Shown: in pieces, positions 1-9,723 of the stretch
Position numbering within the stretch: position 1 is the first letter of the stretch
Layout of the letters: every line of letters starts with the position of its first letter
Assembly: GCA_041611735.1 (NCBI GenBank)
Contig: JBFIML010000029.1
Coordinates: 1-54,199, forward strand
Length of the DNA stretch: 54,199 nucleotides
Direction of reading: 5' to 3'
Source: Myxococcota bacterium
GTDB taxonomy: Bacteria; Myxococcota_A; UBA9160; PR03
Notes under the pieces: generated by a model
Seen by the model: only the letters and a program-made list of their open reading frames with translations
What the model was told of the DNA's origin: nothing
Database searches by the model: none
Program-made: the position numbers and the translations under genes

Positions 1-3000
1 CCCCCACGCCCGGCTCGCACCACTCGCGCTGGAGGCCGCGGGGATGGAAGTCGCCGGCCAGGAGCTTCTCCCGGGCGGCGAGACCGGACAGGATGGCCTC
101 CCCGTGCGCGGGGGGCAGCGCATAGCGGTCGGCCACGGTCCGCGTCACGAAGGGGCCGTGGTGGCGCGCCCAGCGCAGCAGCAGCTGCTCCACCGCCCGC
201 TCCACGGGCTCGAGCAGGGCCCCCGGCAGCCCGGGGGGCGGCACCGCGCCGAGGGCGTCGCGGTAGAGGGCCGCATCCTCGGCGGCCACCCAGCGGTCCT
301 CGCCGCCGATCTTCATGACGACCGCGCGCCGCGCCCGCTCGAGCTCCGTCAGCCAGGCGCCCAGCGCCGCCGGATCCACGCAGCGCTCCTCCAGCTCGGA
401 GCGGCCGAGATCGCCCACCCGGCGCAGCAGGTCATGCAGCCCGTCCGCATGGCGGGCCCGGAAGGGATCGCTGCGCCCCTGCAGCTCCGCCTCGACGGCG
501 TCGATCACCGACGCATCCAGCAGGTCGCGCAGCTCCTCCTGCCCGAGCAGCTCGCGCAGCATGTGCCGATCGAGCGTCAGGGCCTGGGCGCGGCGCTCCG
601 CCACCGGTGTGTCGCCCTGGTACAGGTAGGTGGCGGTGTAGGCGAAGACCAGCGAGCGCGCGAAGGGCGAGGCCGCGGGCGTCTCCACGTCGTCCACGCG
701 CACGGCGCGGCGCCGCACCGCCCGCAACAGGTTTACGAGCCCGGGCAGGTCGAAGACGTCCTGGAGGCAGGTGCGATAGGTCTCCAGCATGATGGGAAAG
801 GCCGGGAACTCCCGGGCCACCGCCAGCAGGTTCTGGGCGCGCAGGCGCTGCACCCAGAGCGGCGTGCGGGAGCCCGGGCGGCGGCGCGGCAGCAAGAGGG
901 CACGGGCGGCGTTCTCCCGGAACAGCCCGGCGAACAACGCCGAGCGTCCCAGCTGCTCGACGACCCGGTCCTCCACCTCCTCGGGCTCCGGCAGGAGCGC
1001 CTCGCGGTCCGGCGGCTCGTCCGCGTCGGCGAAGCGCAGCACGATGCCGTCGTCGCTCCATAGCATCTGCGCCTCGAAGCCCGCGCGCTCCGCGAGCGCC
1101 GCCTCGATGGCCAGGGCCCAGGGCGCATGGAGCCGAGCTCCGAAGGGCGAGAGGATGCACACGCGCCAGTCGCCGAGCTCGTCGCGGAAGCGCTCGATGG
1201 TGATGGCGCGATCCGTGGGGAGGGTGCCCGTCGCCTCGTGCTGCTCGATCACGTAGGCCACCAGGTTGCGCGCCGCCCAGGCGTCGAGACCGTACTCCTC
1301 GCGCAGCCACGCCTCGCCCCGGGCCCGGCCGGCGTGCAGCCCCTCCCCTCCTCCGCAACGCTCGGCCAGCTCCCGCACGAAGGCACCCAGGGCCCGCCCC
1401 AGCTCCACGGGCCGGCCGGGGCCGTCGCCCCGCCAGAAGGGGAGCTTCCCGATCTCGCCGGGCGCCGGCGCCACCACCACCCGGTCGCGGCTGATCTCGA
1501 GCACGCGCCAGGTACTGGCGCCGAGGGTCAGCGTCTCCCCGGAGCGGGTCTCGTGGACCATCTCCTCGTCCAGCTCGCCGATGCGCGGCCCGTCGGGGCC
1601 CAGGTGGACGGCGTACTGCCCGCGGTCCGGGATCGTGCCGCCGGAGACGAGTGCCAGGCGCTCGGCGCCGCGGCGCGCCTCCACCACGTCGCGCTCGCGG
1701 TCCCACACCAATCGCGGCCGCAGCTCCGCGAAGTCCGTGGAGGGATAGCGCCCGGACAGCATGTCGAGCACGCCCAGCAGGTGCTCGCGGGGCAGCTCGC
1801 GGAAGCTCGCCGTGCGCCGCACCACGCGCTCCAGATCCTCGACCCGCCAGGCGCCGCGGCTGCAGGCTGCCACCAGCTGCTGCGCCAGCACGTCCAGCGG
1901 ATTGCGGGGCACGCGCAGGGGCTCCACGTCGCCTCGCGCCATGCCACGCGCCACCACCGTCGCCTCCAGGAGGTCGCCCCGGTGCTTGGGCAGGATCCAG
2001 CCCCGGCTCACCTCGCCGACCCGGTGTCCGGCCCGGCCCACGCGTTGCAGCCCCCGGGTCACCGCGCCGGGCGACTCCACCATCATCACCAGGTCGACGG
2101 CGCCCATGTCGATGCCGAGCTCGAGGGAGCTGGTGGCCACCAGGCCCCGCAAGGTGCCGGCCTTGAGCGCCTCCTCGATCTCCCGCCGCTGGCCGTGAGC
2201 CAGGCTCCCGTGATGGGCGCGCACCAGATCTTCGCCCGCCAGCTCGTTCAGGCGCCGGGCCAGCCGCTCGCACAGCCCGCGACTGTTCACGAACACGATC
2301 GAGCTGCCATGGGCGCGGATCCCCTCCAGCAGCCTCGGATACAGCGCCGGCCACAGGCTCGCGGCGGGCTCGGGCTCGTCGGCGCGCCGCAGCTCCGCGA
2401 GCAGCGAGCCCCGGGCCGGGGCGTGCTCCGGCCGGGGCGCCGGCGCGGCGGACTCCGGGCGCGTCATGTCCGGGACCGGCACCGAGAGGGTCACGTGGAG
2501 GTTCGGCGGCGCACTGGCGTCCACCCCCGTCACCTCGCGGTCGCCACCCAGGAAGCGCGCCACCTCGCCGAGCGGTCGCGCCGTCGCCGAGAGCCCGATG
2601 CGCTGGGGGTCCGGCCCCGACACCGCCGCACACAGACGCTCCAGGGAGAGGGCCAGATGGGCCCCGCGCTTGCTGGCGGCCAGCGCGTGGATCTCGTCCA
2701 CCACGATCGCCTCGACGCGCTCCAGGGTCTCGCGCTGGCGGGAGCCCAGGATCAGGTACAGGGACTCCGGGGTGGTGACCAGGATCTCGGCGGGCTCCCG
2801 GGCCTGGGCGCGCCGCTCGCGCTGCGGGGTGTCCCCGGTCCGCATCGCCACGCGCGGCGGCCGGAAGCCCGTGTCGCCCAGGGCCTCGGCGGCGCGCGCG
2901 ACGCCCACCAGGGGCGCGCGCAGGTTGCGCTCCACGTCGTAGACCAGGGCCTTGAGGGGCGAGACGTAGACCACGCGGACCCCGGGGCGCGCGTCCTCGG

Positions 3001-3184
3001 TCCGGTGGCCCAGGCGATCCAGGAACCAGAGGAAGGCGGCCAGGGTCTTGCCGCTGCCGGTGGGAGCGATCAGGAGCGCGTGCTCGCCGCGGGCGATGGG
3101 GCCCCAGCCCGCGCGCTGCACGGGGGTCGGCGCCTCGAAGCTCGCCTGGAACCAGCGACGCGCCGCGGGGCTGAAGGCGTCCAT
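1..3184 (-). CDS. lhr: ATP-dependent Lhr-family DEAD/DEAH helicase (runs off left edge)
   Basis: Hand translation from ATG 3184: MDAFSPAARRWFQASFEAPTPVQRAGWGPIARGEHALLIAPTGSGKT (Walker A), VVDEIHALAASKRGAHL (motif II), QRVGRAGH (motif VI). Not in the ORF track because no stop lies in the window. Confidence 0.93.
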   Translation of the reverse strand, partial: MDAFSPAARRWFQASFEAPTPVQRAGWGPIARGEHALLIAPTGSGKTLAAFLWFLDRLGHRTEDARPGVRVVYVSPLKALVYDVERNLRAPLVGVARAAEALGDTGFRPPRVAMRTGDTPQRERRAQAREPAEILVTTPESLYLILGSRQRETLERVEAIVVDEIHALAASKRGAHLALSLERLCAAVSGPDPQRIGLSATARPLGEVARFLGGDREVTGVDASAPPNLHVTLSVPVPDMTRPESAAPAPRPEHAPARGSLLAELRRADEPEPAASLWPALYPRLLEGIRAHGSSIVFVNSRGLCERLARRLNELAGEDLVRAHHGSLAHGQRREIEEALKAGTLRGLVATSSLELGIDMGAVDLVMMVESPGAVTRGLQRVGRAGHRVGEVSRGWILPKHRGDLLEATVVARGMARGDVEPLRVPRNPLDVLAQQLVAACSRGAWRVEDLERVVRRTASFRELPREHLLGVLDMLSGRYPSTDFAELRPRLVWDRERDVVEARRGAERLALVSGGTIPDRGQYAVHLGPDGPRIGELDEEMVHETRSGETLTLGASTWRVLEISRDRVVVAPAPGEIGKLPFWRGDGPGRPVELGRALGAFVRELAERCGGGEGLHAGRARGEAWLREEYGLDAWAARNLVAYVIEQHEATGTLPTDRAITIERFRDELGDWRVCILSPFGARLHAPWALAIEAALAERAGFEAQMLWSDDGIVLRFADADEPPDREALLPEPEEVEDRVVEQLGRSALFAGLFRENAARALLLPRRRPGSRTPLWVQRLRAQNLLAVAREFPAFPIMLETYRTCLQDVFDLPGLVNLLRAVRRRAVRVDDVETPAASPFARSLVFAYTATYLYQGDTPVAERRAQALTLDRHMLRELLGQEELRDLLDASVIDAVEAELQGRSDPFRARHADGLHDLLRRVGDLGRSELEERCVDPAALGAWLTELERARRAVVMKIGGEDRWVAAEDAALYRDALGAVPPPGLPGALLEPVERAVEQLLLRWARHHGPFVTRTVADRYALPPAHGEAILSGLAAREKLLAGDFHPRGLQREWCEPGVG

Positions 3185-3197
3185 GCCGAGTCGGAGC

Positions 3198-3806
3198 CTA
3201 GCGCGCGGAGGCCCCCTGGCGGGCGCAGGCGATGCACAGGCGGGTGTCCGGCAGGGCTTCCAGCCGCTCGAGGTCGATCGTCTCGTCGCACACCGCGCAG
3301 CTTCCGTAGGTGCCGCGATCCATGGCATCGAGGGCGCGGTCGATGGCGTCGAGCCGCCGCACCCGCAGCCTCTCCAGGGTGTTCCCGAACCGGAGCGAGA
3401 GCTCCGCGCCGGCGCGCTCCGCGTCGTCGGTGATCTCCTCGCGGCCCGTGATGGCCGCGAGCCGAACCGCCTCCTCCTTGAGCGAGCGGTTCTCGGCCAC
3501 GATGCGCTCGCGCTCGCGCTCCAGCCGCTCGCGCAGCCGGTGCAGCGTCCGGGTCCGGGCTTCGGGCACGCCCGCCAGCCCCTCGTGGCCCTCTTCGCGC
3601 AGGCGCGTGGCGCGCGTCACCAGCAGGTCGCGCTTCTGGGCGAGGCTCAGCACGTCGCACTCCACCAGGCCCCAGCAGGGCGTGAAGCCCTTGGCGTCGC
3701 ACAGCTCCTCCAGGATGGGCCCGGCCCCGCGTCGGTTGCCAGCCAGCTCGGAGGCCGGCACCTGGATCACGCGCAGATGGGCGCAACGGTGGAAGTGGTG
3801 ACGCAC
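3198..3806 (-). CDS. TraR/DksA C4-type zinc-finger protein with N-terminal extension
   Basis: Coiled coil, then IDRALDAMDRGTYGSCAVCDETIDLERLEALPDTRLCIAC. GTG start at 3806 preceded by GGAGG. Confidence 0.85.
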   Translation of the reverse strand: MRHHFHRCAHLRVIQVPASELAGNRRGAGPILEELCDAKGFTPCWGLVECDVLSLAQKRDLLVTRATRLREEGHEGLAGVPEARTRTLHRLRERLERERERIVAENRSLKEEAVRLAAITGREEITDDAERAGAELSLRFGNTLERLRVRRLDAIDRALDAMDRGTYGSCAVCDETIDLERLEALPDTRLCIACARQGASAR

Positions 3807-3823
3807 GGGCGACCTCCAGGGCC

Positions 3824-5338
3824 TCAAGCCCTCCGGGCCGGGCGCACGCCGCCGCGGGGGGCGACCCGGCGCGCGGAGCGGGCGGAGCGACGCGCGGAGC
3901 GCTGCTCGAGCGCGCCGAGGCTCTGCTCGAACAGGCTGGCCACCCGGTGCGGGTCGGGGATCGCCTCCGGGTCGGTGTCGATTCCGACCTCCACGCTGCC
4001 GGCGTAGGACAGCAGTGCGACCGCCAGGGGCATGCCCTCCACGACGCTCACGAAGGGGTAGAGGGCCTCCACGCCGGCACCCGCCAGGTAGCGGCGCTCG
4101 CCCGGGCCCGGGACGTTGGTGCAAACCAGGTTCACCCGGGAGAGCGCCCCGCGCGCCATCCAGCGGAAGGCGAGACCGGGGAGCAACGCCAGCGGCTGGG
4201 CCAGGAAGGGGAGCGCCGCGCCGCGCCGGTCCTGCTTGGCGGCGCGCGTCTGCTCCGTCACGCGGCGCAGGCGCTGCTCGAAGCTCCTCTCGTGCAGCGG
4301 CAGTGCGATGTGGAACGTGCCCACGCGGTTGCCGAGCGGATCCCGCTCGGACTGGCTGCGCAGGTTCATGGGAACCATGCAGTTCAGGCGCGGGATGCGA
4401 ACGCCGCGCTCCCGGTGATAGGCGTCGAGGGTGGCCGCCAGGGTCGTCAGCACCACGTCGTTCAAGGTGACGCCGAGGGCCGCCTTGATCCGCACCAGGC
4501 GCTCGAACGGGATCCGGACCACGTCGAGGCGGCGCGACAGGCCGGCGCCCGAGCGCGCCAGGGGGTCGCTCACCCGGGCTGCGGCAAGCTCCGCCACGAC
4601 CCCGCCGATCCCCCGGGCGGTTCGCCAGGCACGCTCCGCCGAGGCGGCGGGATGGCGCAGGGCGCGAGCCGGCGCCAGGGCGGCGCGCCAGGCGAGGCGC
4701 ACGGACTGGCGCCCGTTGTCCAGGGCCAGCCCCGCGAGCCGCTCCAGCGCGCCGCTCGGACTCGGCGAGCCCGCTTGCGGGTCGAACGGGAGCCGCGGCG
4801 GCTCCGCGTCCCGGTGGCGCTGGGTGAGGGCATTGAGGATCGCGACGGCGCCCACCCCATCCACCAGACAGTGGTGCAGCTTCAGGAAGAGCGCGGCTCG
4901 CCCGCCCTCCAGGCGGTCGATCCAGTACGCCTCCCACAGGGGCCGCTCGTGGTCCAGGGGCGTGGCCAGCAGCGTGGCCACCAGATCCAGCAGCTGCCGG
5001 AGCCGGCCGGGCTCGGGCAGCGCCAGGCGCCGCAAGTGGTAGGAACGGTCGAAGTGCGAGTCCTCGACCCATTCGGGGAGACCCAGGTGGAGCGGCACCT
5101 CCACCACGCGCTCACGCAGGCGGGGAAGCAGGGCGAAGGCGGCATCCCAGGCGCCCTCTGCCCGACCCCAGTCCGGCGCGCGATCGAGCACGAAGAGCCC
5201 GCCGATGATGGGACGCAGGGTCGGGAGCGCGCTCTCCGCGTACCAGAACAGGGCGTCTGTGGACGTCATGCGTGCGGCGGGGCGCACGGGTCGCAGCAGC
5301 GATGAAGGGGGCACCGACACGGGCTCGCCGGCCTCCAT
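3824..5338 (-). CDS. Wax ester synthase/diacylglycerol acyltransferase (WS/DGAT)
   Basis: Catalytic HHCLVDG (HHxxxDG), PLDHERPLWE, TLNDVVL, TNVPGP. True start may be the Met at ~5269. Confidence 0.92.
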   Translation of the reverse strand: MEAGEPVSVPPSSLLRPVRPAARMTSTDALFWYAESALPTLRPIIGGLFVLDRAPDWGRAEGAWDAAFALLPRLRERVVEVPLHLGLPEWVEDSHFDRSYHLRRLALPEPGRLRQLLDLVATLLATPLDHERPLWEAYWIDRLEGGRAALFLKLHHCLVDGVGAVAILNALTQRHRDAEPPRLPFDPQAGSPSPSGALERLAGLALDNGRQSVRLAWRAALAPARALRHPAASAERAWRTARGIGGVVAELAAARVSDPLARSGAGLSRRLDVVRIPFERLVRIKAALGVTLNDVVLTTLAATLDAYHRERGVRIPRLNCMVPMNLRSQSERDPLGNRVGTFHIALPLHERSFEQRLRRVTEQTRAAKQDRRGAALPFLAQPLALLPGLAFRWMARGALSRVNLVCTNVPGPGERRYLAGAGVEALYPFVSVVEGMPLAVALLSYAGSVEVGIDTDPEAIPDPHRVASLFEQSLGALEQRSARRSARSARRVAPRGGVRPARRA

Positions 5339-5390
5339 TAGCCTTCAGGATAGTGGATTCCCTCGCACCGGGCGTCCTCGCGCCCTGAGC

Positions 5391-5966
5391 TCAGTCGCGC
5401 CCGCGCAGGCGCTCGCGCAGGGCCTCCACCTCCCGGGCCAGCCACCCGAGGCTGTCTTCGCCGGCCCTCTGGAGCTGCTCGAGCACGTCGCGCAGCCCCT
5501 CCTCCGCCTGGGCGCGGCGGCGCGTCCAGCGGGCCCGCTCGCGGGCATCCTCGATCTCGCGCCGCGAGGCCTCACCCAGGTCGTCCAGCTCCCGGGCCAC
5601 CCGGATCAGCACGTCGTCGAGGGAGACGATCCCCACCAGGCGCTCGCCCTGCACCACCGGGAGTCTTCGCATCCCGTTGGAGCTCATGCGCTCCACCAGC
5701 TGCTCCAGGCGATCGTCCGGGGAGACCGTCACCAGGGGCTTGCTCATGATGTCGGCGGCCCGTGTCGCCGCCGGATCGCGGCCCTCGGCGATGACGCGGC
5801 AGGTGAGATCCCGGTCCGTGACGATCCCGATCGGCCGCTCCGCCTCGTCGACGATCACCACGCCGCCCACCGCCGAGAGAGCCATGGGCTCCACCAGCTC
5901 GCGCACCGTGGCGTCGCTGCGCGCCCGGACCACCTCGCTCCGGTAGTGTCCCAGGGGCTTCATCAC
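5391..5966 (-). CDS. CBS-pair protein with C-terminal helical/coiled-coil tail
   Basis: GIVTDRDL, MRRLPVV, GIVSLDD. Overlaps the stop of the upstream CBS gene. Confidence 0.88.
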   Translation of the reverse strand: MMKPLGHYRSEVVRARSDATVRELVEPMALSAVGGVVIVDEAERPIGIVTDRDLTCRVIAEGRDPAATRAADIMSKPLVTVSPDDRLEQLVERMSSNGMRRLPVVQGERLVGIVSLDDVLIRVARELDDLGEASRREIEDARERARWTRRRAQAEEGLRDVLEQLQRAGEDSLGWLAREVEALRERLRGRD

Positions 5967-6439
5967 TCCACCTCCGGACCGGGAACGGTCTCGCCTTCCC
6001 AGCCGGCCCGGCCGCCCGCGGCGGGCGCCTGGGCGGCCACCGCCTCGGCCAGGCCGCCGAGCTCGCGCGCCAGCAGGCGCAGCACGTCGTCCGCCGCGAT
6101 CACACCCACCAGGCGCTCGGAGCGGTCCACCACCGGCAGCCTCCGCACGCCCCGCCGTCGCATCATGCCCGCCACCAGGGCGAGGGGGGCGTCCGCGTGT
6201 ACGACCACCGGCTCGCGAGCCACCAGGGCGCGCACAGGCGTCGCGTCGGGGTCCCGCCCCTCGCGGAGCACCTGCAGGGCCAGGTCTCGATCCGTCAGGA
6301 CCCCGGCCACGCGCCGATCCTCGTGGACGACGACCAGGGCCCCGACCCCCTCGTCACGCATGCGTCGGGCGGCGGCCCGGAGCGGCTCGTCCGGGTGCAC
6401 GGTCTGGACCGGCTGCCGGCAGTAGTCTCCGACGGGCAT
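5963..6439 (-). CDS. CBS-pair protein (Hrp1/Rv2626c-like)
   Basis: GVLTDRDL, VRRLPVV, GVIAADD. ATG 6439 with GGAGGAG RBS. Confidence 0.88.
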   Translation of the reverse strand: MPVGDYCRQPVQTVHPDEPLRAAARRMRDEGVGALVVVHEDRRVAGVLTDRDLALQVLREGRDPDATPVRALVAREPVVVHADAPLALVAGMMRRRGVRRLPVVDRSERLVGVIAADDVLRLLARELGGLAEAVAAQAPAAGGRAGWEGETVPGPEVE

Positions 6440-6468
6440 CGCGCTCCTCCTCTCCCGCCCTGCACTCT

Positions 6469-6484
6469 TGCAAGCCACGTGCCG
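6469..6484 (-). promoter_or_regulatory. sigma54 -24/-12 promoter for the CBS-CBS-WS/DGAT operon
   Basis: Minus strand CGGCACGTGGCTTGCA = GG-N10-GC, ~30 nt upstream of ATG 6439. Confidence 0.75.
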
Positions 6485-6630
6485 AGCCAGGCCATGTTCC
6501 GGACCCCCGGAGCCCCGGTGCGGCACGCTGCCCTGCAGCGGGACGGCCCACCTCCCTGGGAGCCGCGCGCGTCGTGCCCGTAGTTTGCCTACTCTCCGCT
6601 CCTCGGGCGACGCGAGAGCGGGAGGCAGCC

Positions 6631-6846
6631 ATGCACCGGGAAGAGGCGGACCAGCTCGGCGTCTGTGCGGACTGCGGCGCCCCCATCGAACCCGGGAGCG
6701 ACCGCAGCTACGCCTTCGGCGAGGCGGCTACGCTCTGCTGGGATTGCGCCGTGCGCCGCGGCGGTCGCTACGACGCCGCCCAGGAGCGCTGGAGCGACCC
6801 GCCCCGCGTCTCCGACCTGCTCGAGCGCGAGCCGACTCCCCGCTGA
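6631..6846 (+). CDS. Small CxxC...CxxC (zinc-ribbon-like) hypothetical protein, 71 aa
   Basis: GGAGG then ATG 6631; CADC and CWDC motifs. Confidence 0.65.
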   Translation: MHREEADQLGVCADCGAPIEPGSDRSYAFGEAATLCWDCAVRRGGRYDAAQERWSDPPRVSDLLEREPTPR

Positions 6847-6854
6847 GCCAGCCC

Positions 6855-7493
6855 TCACAGCGCCGGGACGCCCATGCGCCGGGGCAACACCAGGTGGGCG
6901 AAGGCCAGCGCCATCACGATGGTCACGAAGCCTCCCACCCAGAAGGTGGCCGGGCCCGGCAGGCTCGTCACCGTGAAGTTGGCCAGCTGCTGGGTGCCGA
7001 TCACCGGCGGCATGAAGGGCTCCACCGTGAAGGGAGCGTGCGGATCCAGGTTGTGCCCATAGCCATAGAGCTTGAAGACGAAGCGCCCCGCGGAGAAGAT
7101 GCCGAAGTAGATGGCGATCACCGCGAGGTCCACCAGCGAGCGCACGTCGCCGATGGCCGCCACGCGCAAGGCCAGCAGGATCAGCGCCCCTAGGGCGAAG
7201 GGGATCCAATCGAGGTCTGCGAAGTCGGCGCGCTCGAGCGCCTGCATGCCGATGTAGTGGTTCAGGGTGTTGATCTCGCGCAGGTCGCGGCCCTCGCGCC
7301 CGCCTTCGATGGTGTAGGCGTACACGTAGAGATCGAGGCCCTTCGGATACTGGGGCGCCTGCATGTGGATGTGCCAGAGCGGTCCGGTGAAGGCCAGCAC
7401 CAGCAGTACCACCGAGACGGCCAGCACCGCCCGGCTCCAACCGGCCACCGGCCGGTGGAGGATCTCGTGGAAGCGCGCCCAGAACGTGTTCAC
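6855..7493 (-). CDS. nosB: NosB-like membrane protein of clade II nos clusters
   Basis: WHIHMQAPQYPKGL and INTLNHYIGM motifs, about 4 TM segments, lies in the nos operon. Confidence 0.8.
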   Translation of the reverse strand: MNTFWARFHEILHRPVAGWSRAVLAVSVVLLVLAFTGPLWHIHMQAPQYPKGLDLYVYAYTIEGGREGRDLREINTLNHYIGMQALERADFADLDWIPFALGALILLALRVAAIGDVRSLVDLAVIAIYFGIFSAGRFVFKLYGYGHNLDPHAPFTVEPFMPPVIGTQQLANFTVTSLPGPATFWVGGFVTIVMALAFAHLVLPRRMGVPAL

Positions 7494-7529
7494 GACCCTT
7501 CCCTCCCCTCTGCTTGCGCGGATCGGCGC

Positions 7530-8363
7530 CTACACCGCATCGCGGCGCTCGAAGGCCCGCCAGGCCAGGCCGAAGACGCCGAGTCCGAAGGCCAGCGGCC
7601 AGCCCGTGCCCAGGGCGAAGAGCGCGCCGCGACCGATGCGGTTGGCCAGGTAGAACCCGACCGGCCCCAGCACGGCCAGCTCGGGCTCGGCGGTGGAGAG
7701 GAGCGCGAGCCGCGCCGCCTCCACCGGATTGAAGACCGCCAGGGCGAAGACCGTGCGGGCCGGGAGCTGCCACTGGAGCAGGAGCCCGATCAGCGCCACG
7801 TCCAGCAGCGCCACCCCGAGGGCCCAGAACAGCAGGATCCACGTGGTGGCCCGGGACACGCTGCCCGCCAGCACCGAGGTGGCGATGCCGAGCGCCACGA
7901 AGGCCCACAGCAGCGCCAGGCTCACGGCGGTGATGCGCAGCAGGAGATCCCAGGGCACGGTCTGGCCCAGCACCCCCCGGCCCCAGGCGGCGAGGCCCAG
8001 CAGGACCACCACCAGCGGAAGCGCAACGGCGGCGAAACGCACCGCGGTCACCCCCGCCAGGTAGGCGCCGCGTCCGATGGGCTGGCTCAGCCAGAACTCG
8101 AGGGAGCCGTCCTCGCGCGCCCGGGCAATGGCGGCGCCGGTCCCGGTGAGGGCCAGGAGCGGCAGCAGCAGGACCAGCGCGTGGCACAGGCCGAAGAGCA
8201 CGCGGCCGAGACCCGTGAAGCCGAGCACGCTGGACTCGCGGAAGCCCACCAGGACGAAGAGCGCCGCCAGCACGGCGTAGACCCCGGCGCAGAGCAGGAT
8301 CCAGCGCGAGCGCAGCACCTCGCCGAGGTCCACGCGCATCACCGCCAGGAATGCGTCGGGCAC
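7530..8363 (-). CDS. nosY: ABC transporter permease NosY
   Basis: Multi-TM; EDGSLEFWLSQPIGR; FNPVEAAR; nos context. Confidence 0.85.
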   Translation of the reverse strand: MPDAFLAVMRVDLGEVLRSRWILLCAGVYAVLAALFVLVGFRESSVLGFTGLGRVLFGLCHALVLLLPLLALTGTGAAIARAREDGSLEFWLSQPIGRGAYLAGVTAVRFAAVALPLVVVLLGLAAWGRGVLGQTVPWDLLLRITAVSLALLWAFVALGIATSVLAGSVSRATTWILLFWALGVALLDVALIGLLLQWQLPARTVFALAVFNPVEAARLALLSTAEPELAVLGPVGFYLANRIGRGALFALGTGWPLAFGLGVFGLAWRAFERRDAV

Positions 8364-8366
8364 GAG

Positions 8367-8828
8367 CTACTCCGCCGGGCGCGCGGCGTCGCGCGCCCGC
8401 ACCCGCTGCAAGGCCTCCGCCGGGGTGAGCGGGTTCGGCGCCGTGCCTCGCTCGATCGCACCGAGGCCGTAGCCCATGGGCGTCGGGCGCTCGACGGCCA
8501 CGAAGGCCGCCGCCTCGAGCCGCACCCAGCGCGCCTCCGCGTGGTGGTGGAGCCAGACCGCGTGTCGCGGCGGGTGCTGCTCGGCTTCGTGGAGCAGCAG
8601 GCAGCCCGGGTCGTCGAAGGACAGCACCTTGCCGTCCGGGGTCTGCACCTGGGCCGCGAAGGCGGGCTCCCCCACCAGCATGCCGCAGCGGGCACAGCGC
8701 TCGCGGTTCCAGGACACGGGCAGCGGTCCCTCGGGCAGGCCCGGCGGCCGGGCCAGCAGCCAGGCCAGGGCGCCCGCCACCAGAACGAAGGCGACGCCGC
8801 CCGCCAGGCGAACGGCGCGGCTAGCCAC
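8367..8828 (-). CDS. nosL: Copper chaperone NosL
   Basis: CARCGM, FDDPGC and TPMGYG motifs. Confidence 0.88.
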   Translation of the reverse strand: MASRAVRLAGGVAFVLVAGALAWLLARPPGLPEGPLPVSWNRERCARCGMLVGEPAFAAQVQTPDGKVLSFDDPGCLLLHEAEQHPPRHAVWLHHHAEARWVRLEAAAFVAVERPTPMGYGLGAIERGTAPNPLTPAEALQRVRARDAARPAE

Positions 8829-9723
8829 CGCCGTTCGCTTCCGGCGCCTGGCTGGCGCCCGCGAGCTCGAGGGCCTGGAGCTCGCGAACGTTCACGTCCT
8901 GGAGCGCCTCCCCGAGGCCCGCTGCCATCTCCGCCAGCAGGTGCCGCTTCTCCCCGCGCGGCACCACGCGCAGCCACCACCCTGCCGAGGCGGGCCGGAA
9001 GCCACGCTCCCGCAGCCACGCCCGCCCCGCCTCGTCCGCCACCTGCACCTCGATCACGCTCATGGCCGACGCCTCCAGGAAGCCCACCGCGGATCCGTCG
9101 TACACCACGCGTCCCTCCTGGAGCGCGAGCACGTGATCCACCAGGGGCCGGATCTCCTCCAGGCGGTGGGAGCACAGGAGCACGGTCGTCTCGGCCGGTA
9201 GCTCCCCACACAGCTCGAAGAAGGTCTCCCGGGTGCGCGCATCGAGGCTCGCGGTGGGCTCGTCGAGCACGAGCAGCGACGCTTCCGAGGCGAGGGCCAG
9301 GGCCACCAGGAGCTTCTGGCGCGTCCCTCCGGAGAGGGCGCGGAACGCGGTGGTGGTGATTCCGGCCAGATCCAGGGCGAGTCGCGCCGCCAGGCGCTCG
9401 AAGCGCTTGCTCTCTACGTGTCGAACGCGGCCCACGGCGCCGATCAGGTCCCGCACCGTGGCGGCAAAGCCGGGCGCCGTCTGGGGCACGTAGGCGAGCC
9501 GGTGGGCCAGGGCTTGGCGCTCGCGCCGGGAGCCCCGTCCTTCGAGACGGATCGTCCCCGCGTGCCCGATCAGCCCCATGAGCGCGCGGTTCAGCGTGGA
9601 CTTCCCCGAGCCGTTCGGTCCGACCAGCGCCGTGCGGCGGCCCGGCGGGAGCACGAAGCTCACGCCGTCCAGGGCCACCACGCCTCCGAAGCGCTTGGCG
9701 ACCTCGCGCGCCTCAACGTGCAC
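8821..9723 (-). CDS. nosF: ABC transporter ATPase NosF
   Basis: GPNGSGKS, LSGG, LVLDEP; follows nosD. Confidence 0.87.
   Translation of the reverse strand: MHVEAREVAKRFGGVVALDGVSFVLPPGRRTALVGPNGSGKSTLNRALMGLIGHAGTIRLEGRGSRRERQALAHRLAYVPQTAPGFAATVRDLIGAVGRVRHVESKRFERLAARLALDLAGITTTAFRALSGGTRQKLLVALALASEASLLVLDEPTASLDARTRETFFELCGELPAETTVLLCSHRLEEIRPLVDHVLALQEGRVVYDGSAVGFLEASAMSVIEVQVADEAGRAWLRERGFRPASAGWWLRVVPRGEKRHLLAEMAAGLGEALQDVNVRELQALELAGASQAPEANGGG

Noticed and set aside
44-3433. Long plus-strand ORFs (339 and 768 aa) and similar antisense ORFs throughout the window
   Set aside because: Antisense shadows of real genes, caused by stop-codon scarcity in high-GC DNA; no motifs.
3198-5072. 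624-aa version of the DksA-like ORF
   Set aside because: The upstream part overlaps WS/DGAT in another frame; an RBS and GTG lie at 3806.
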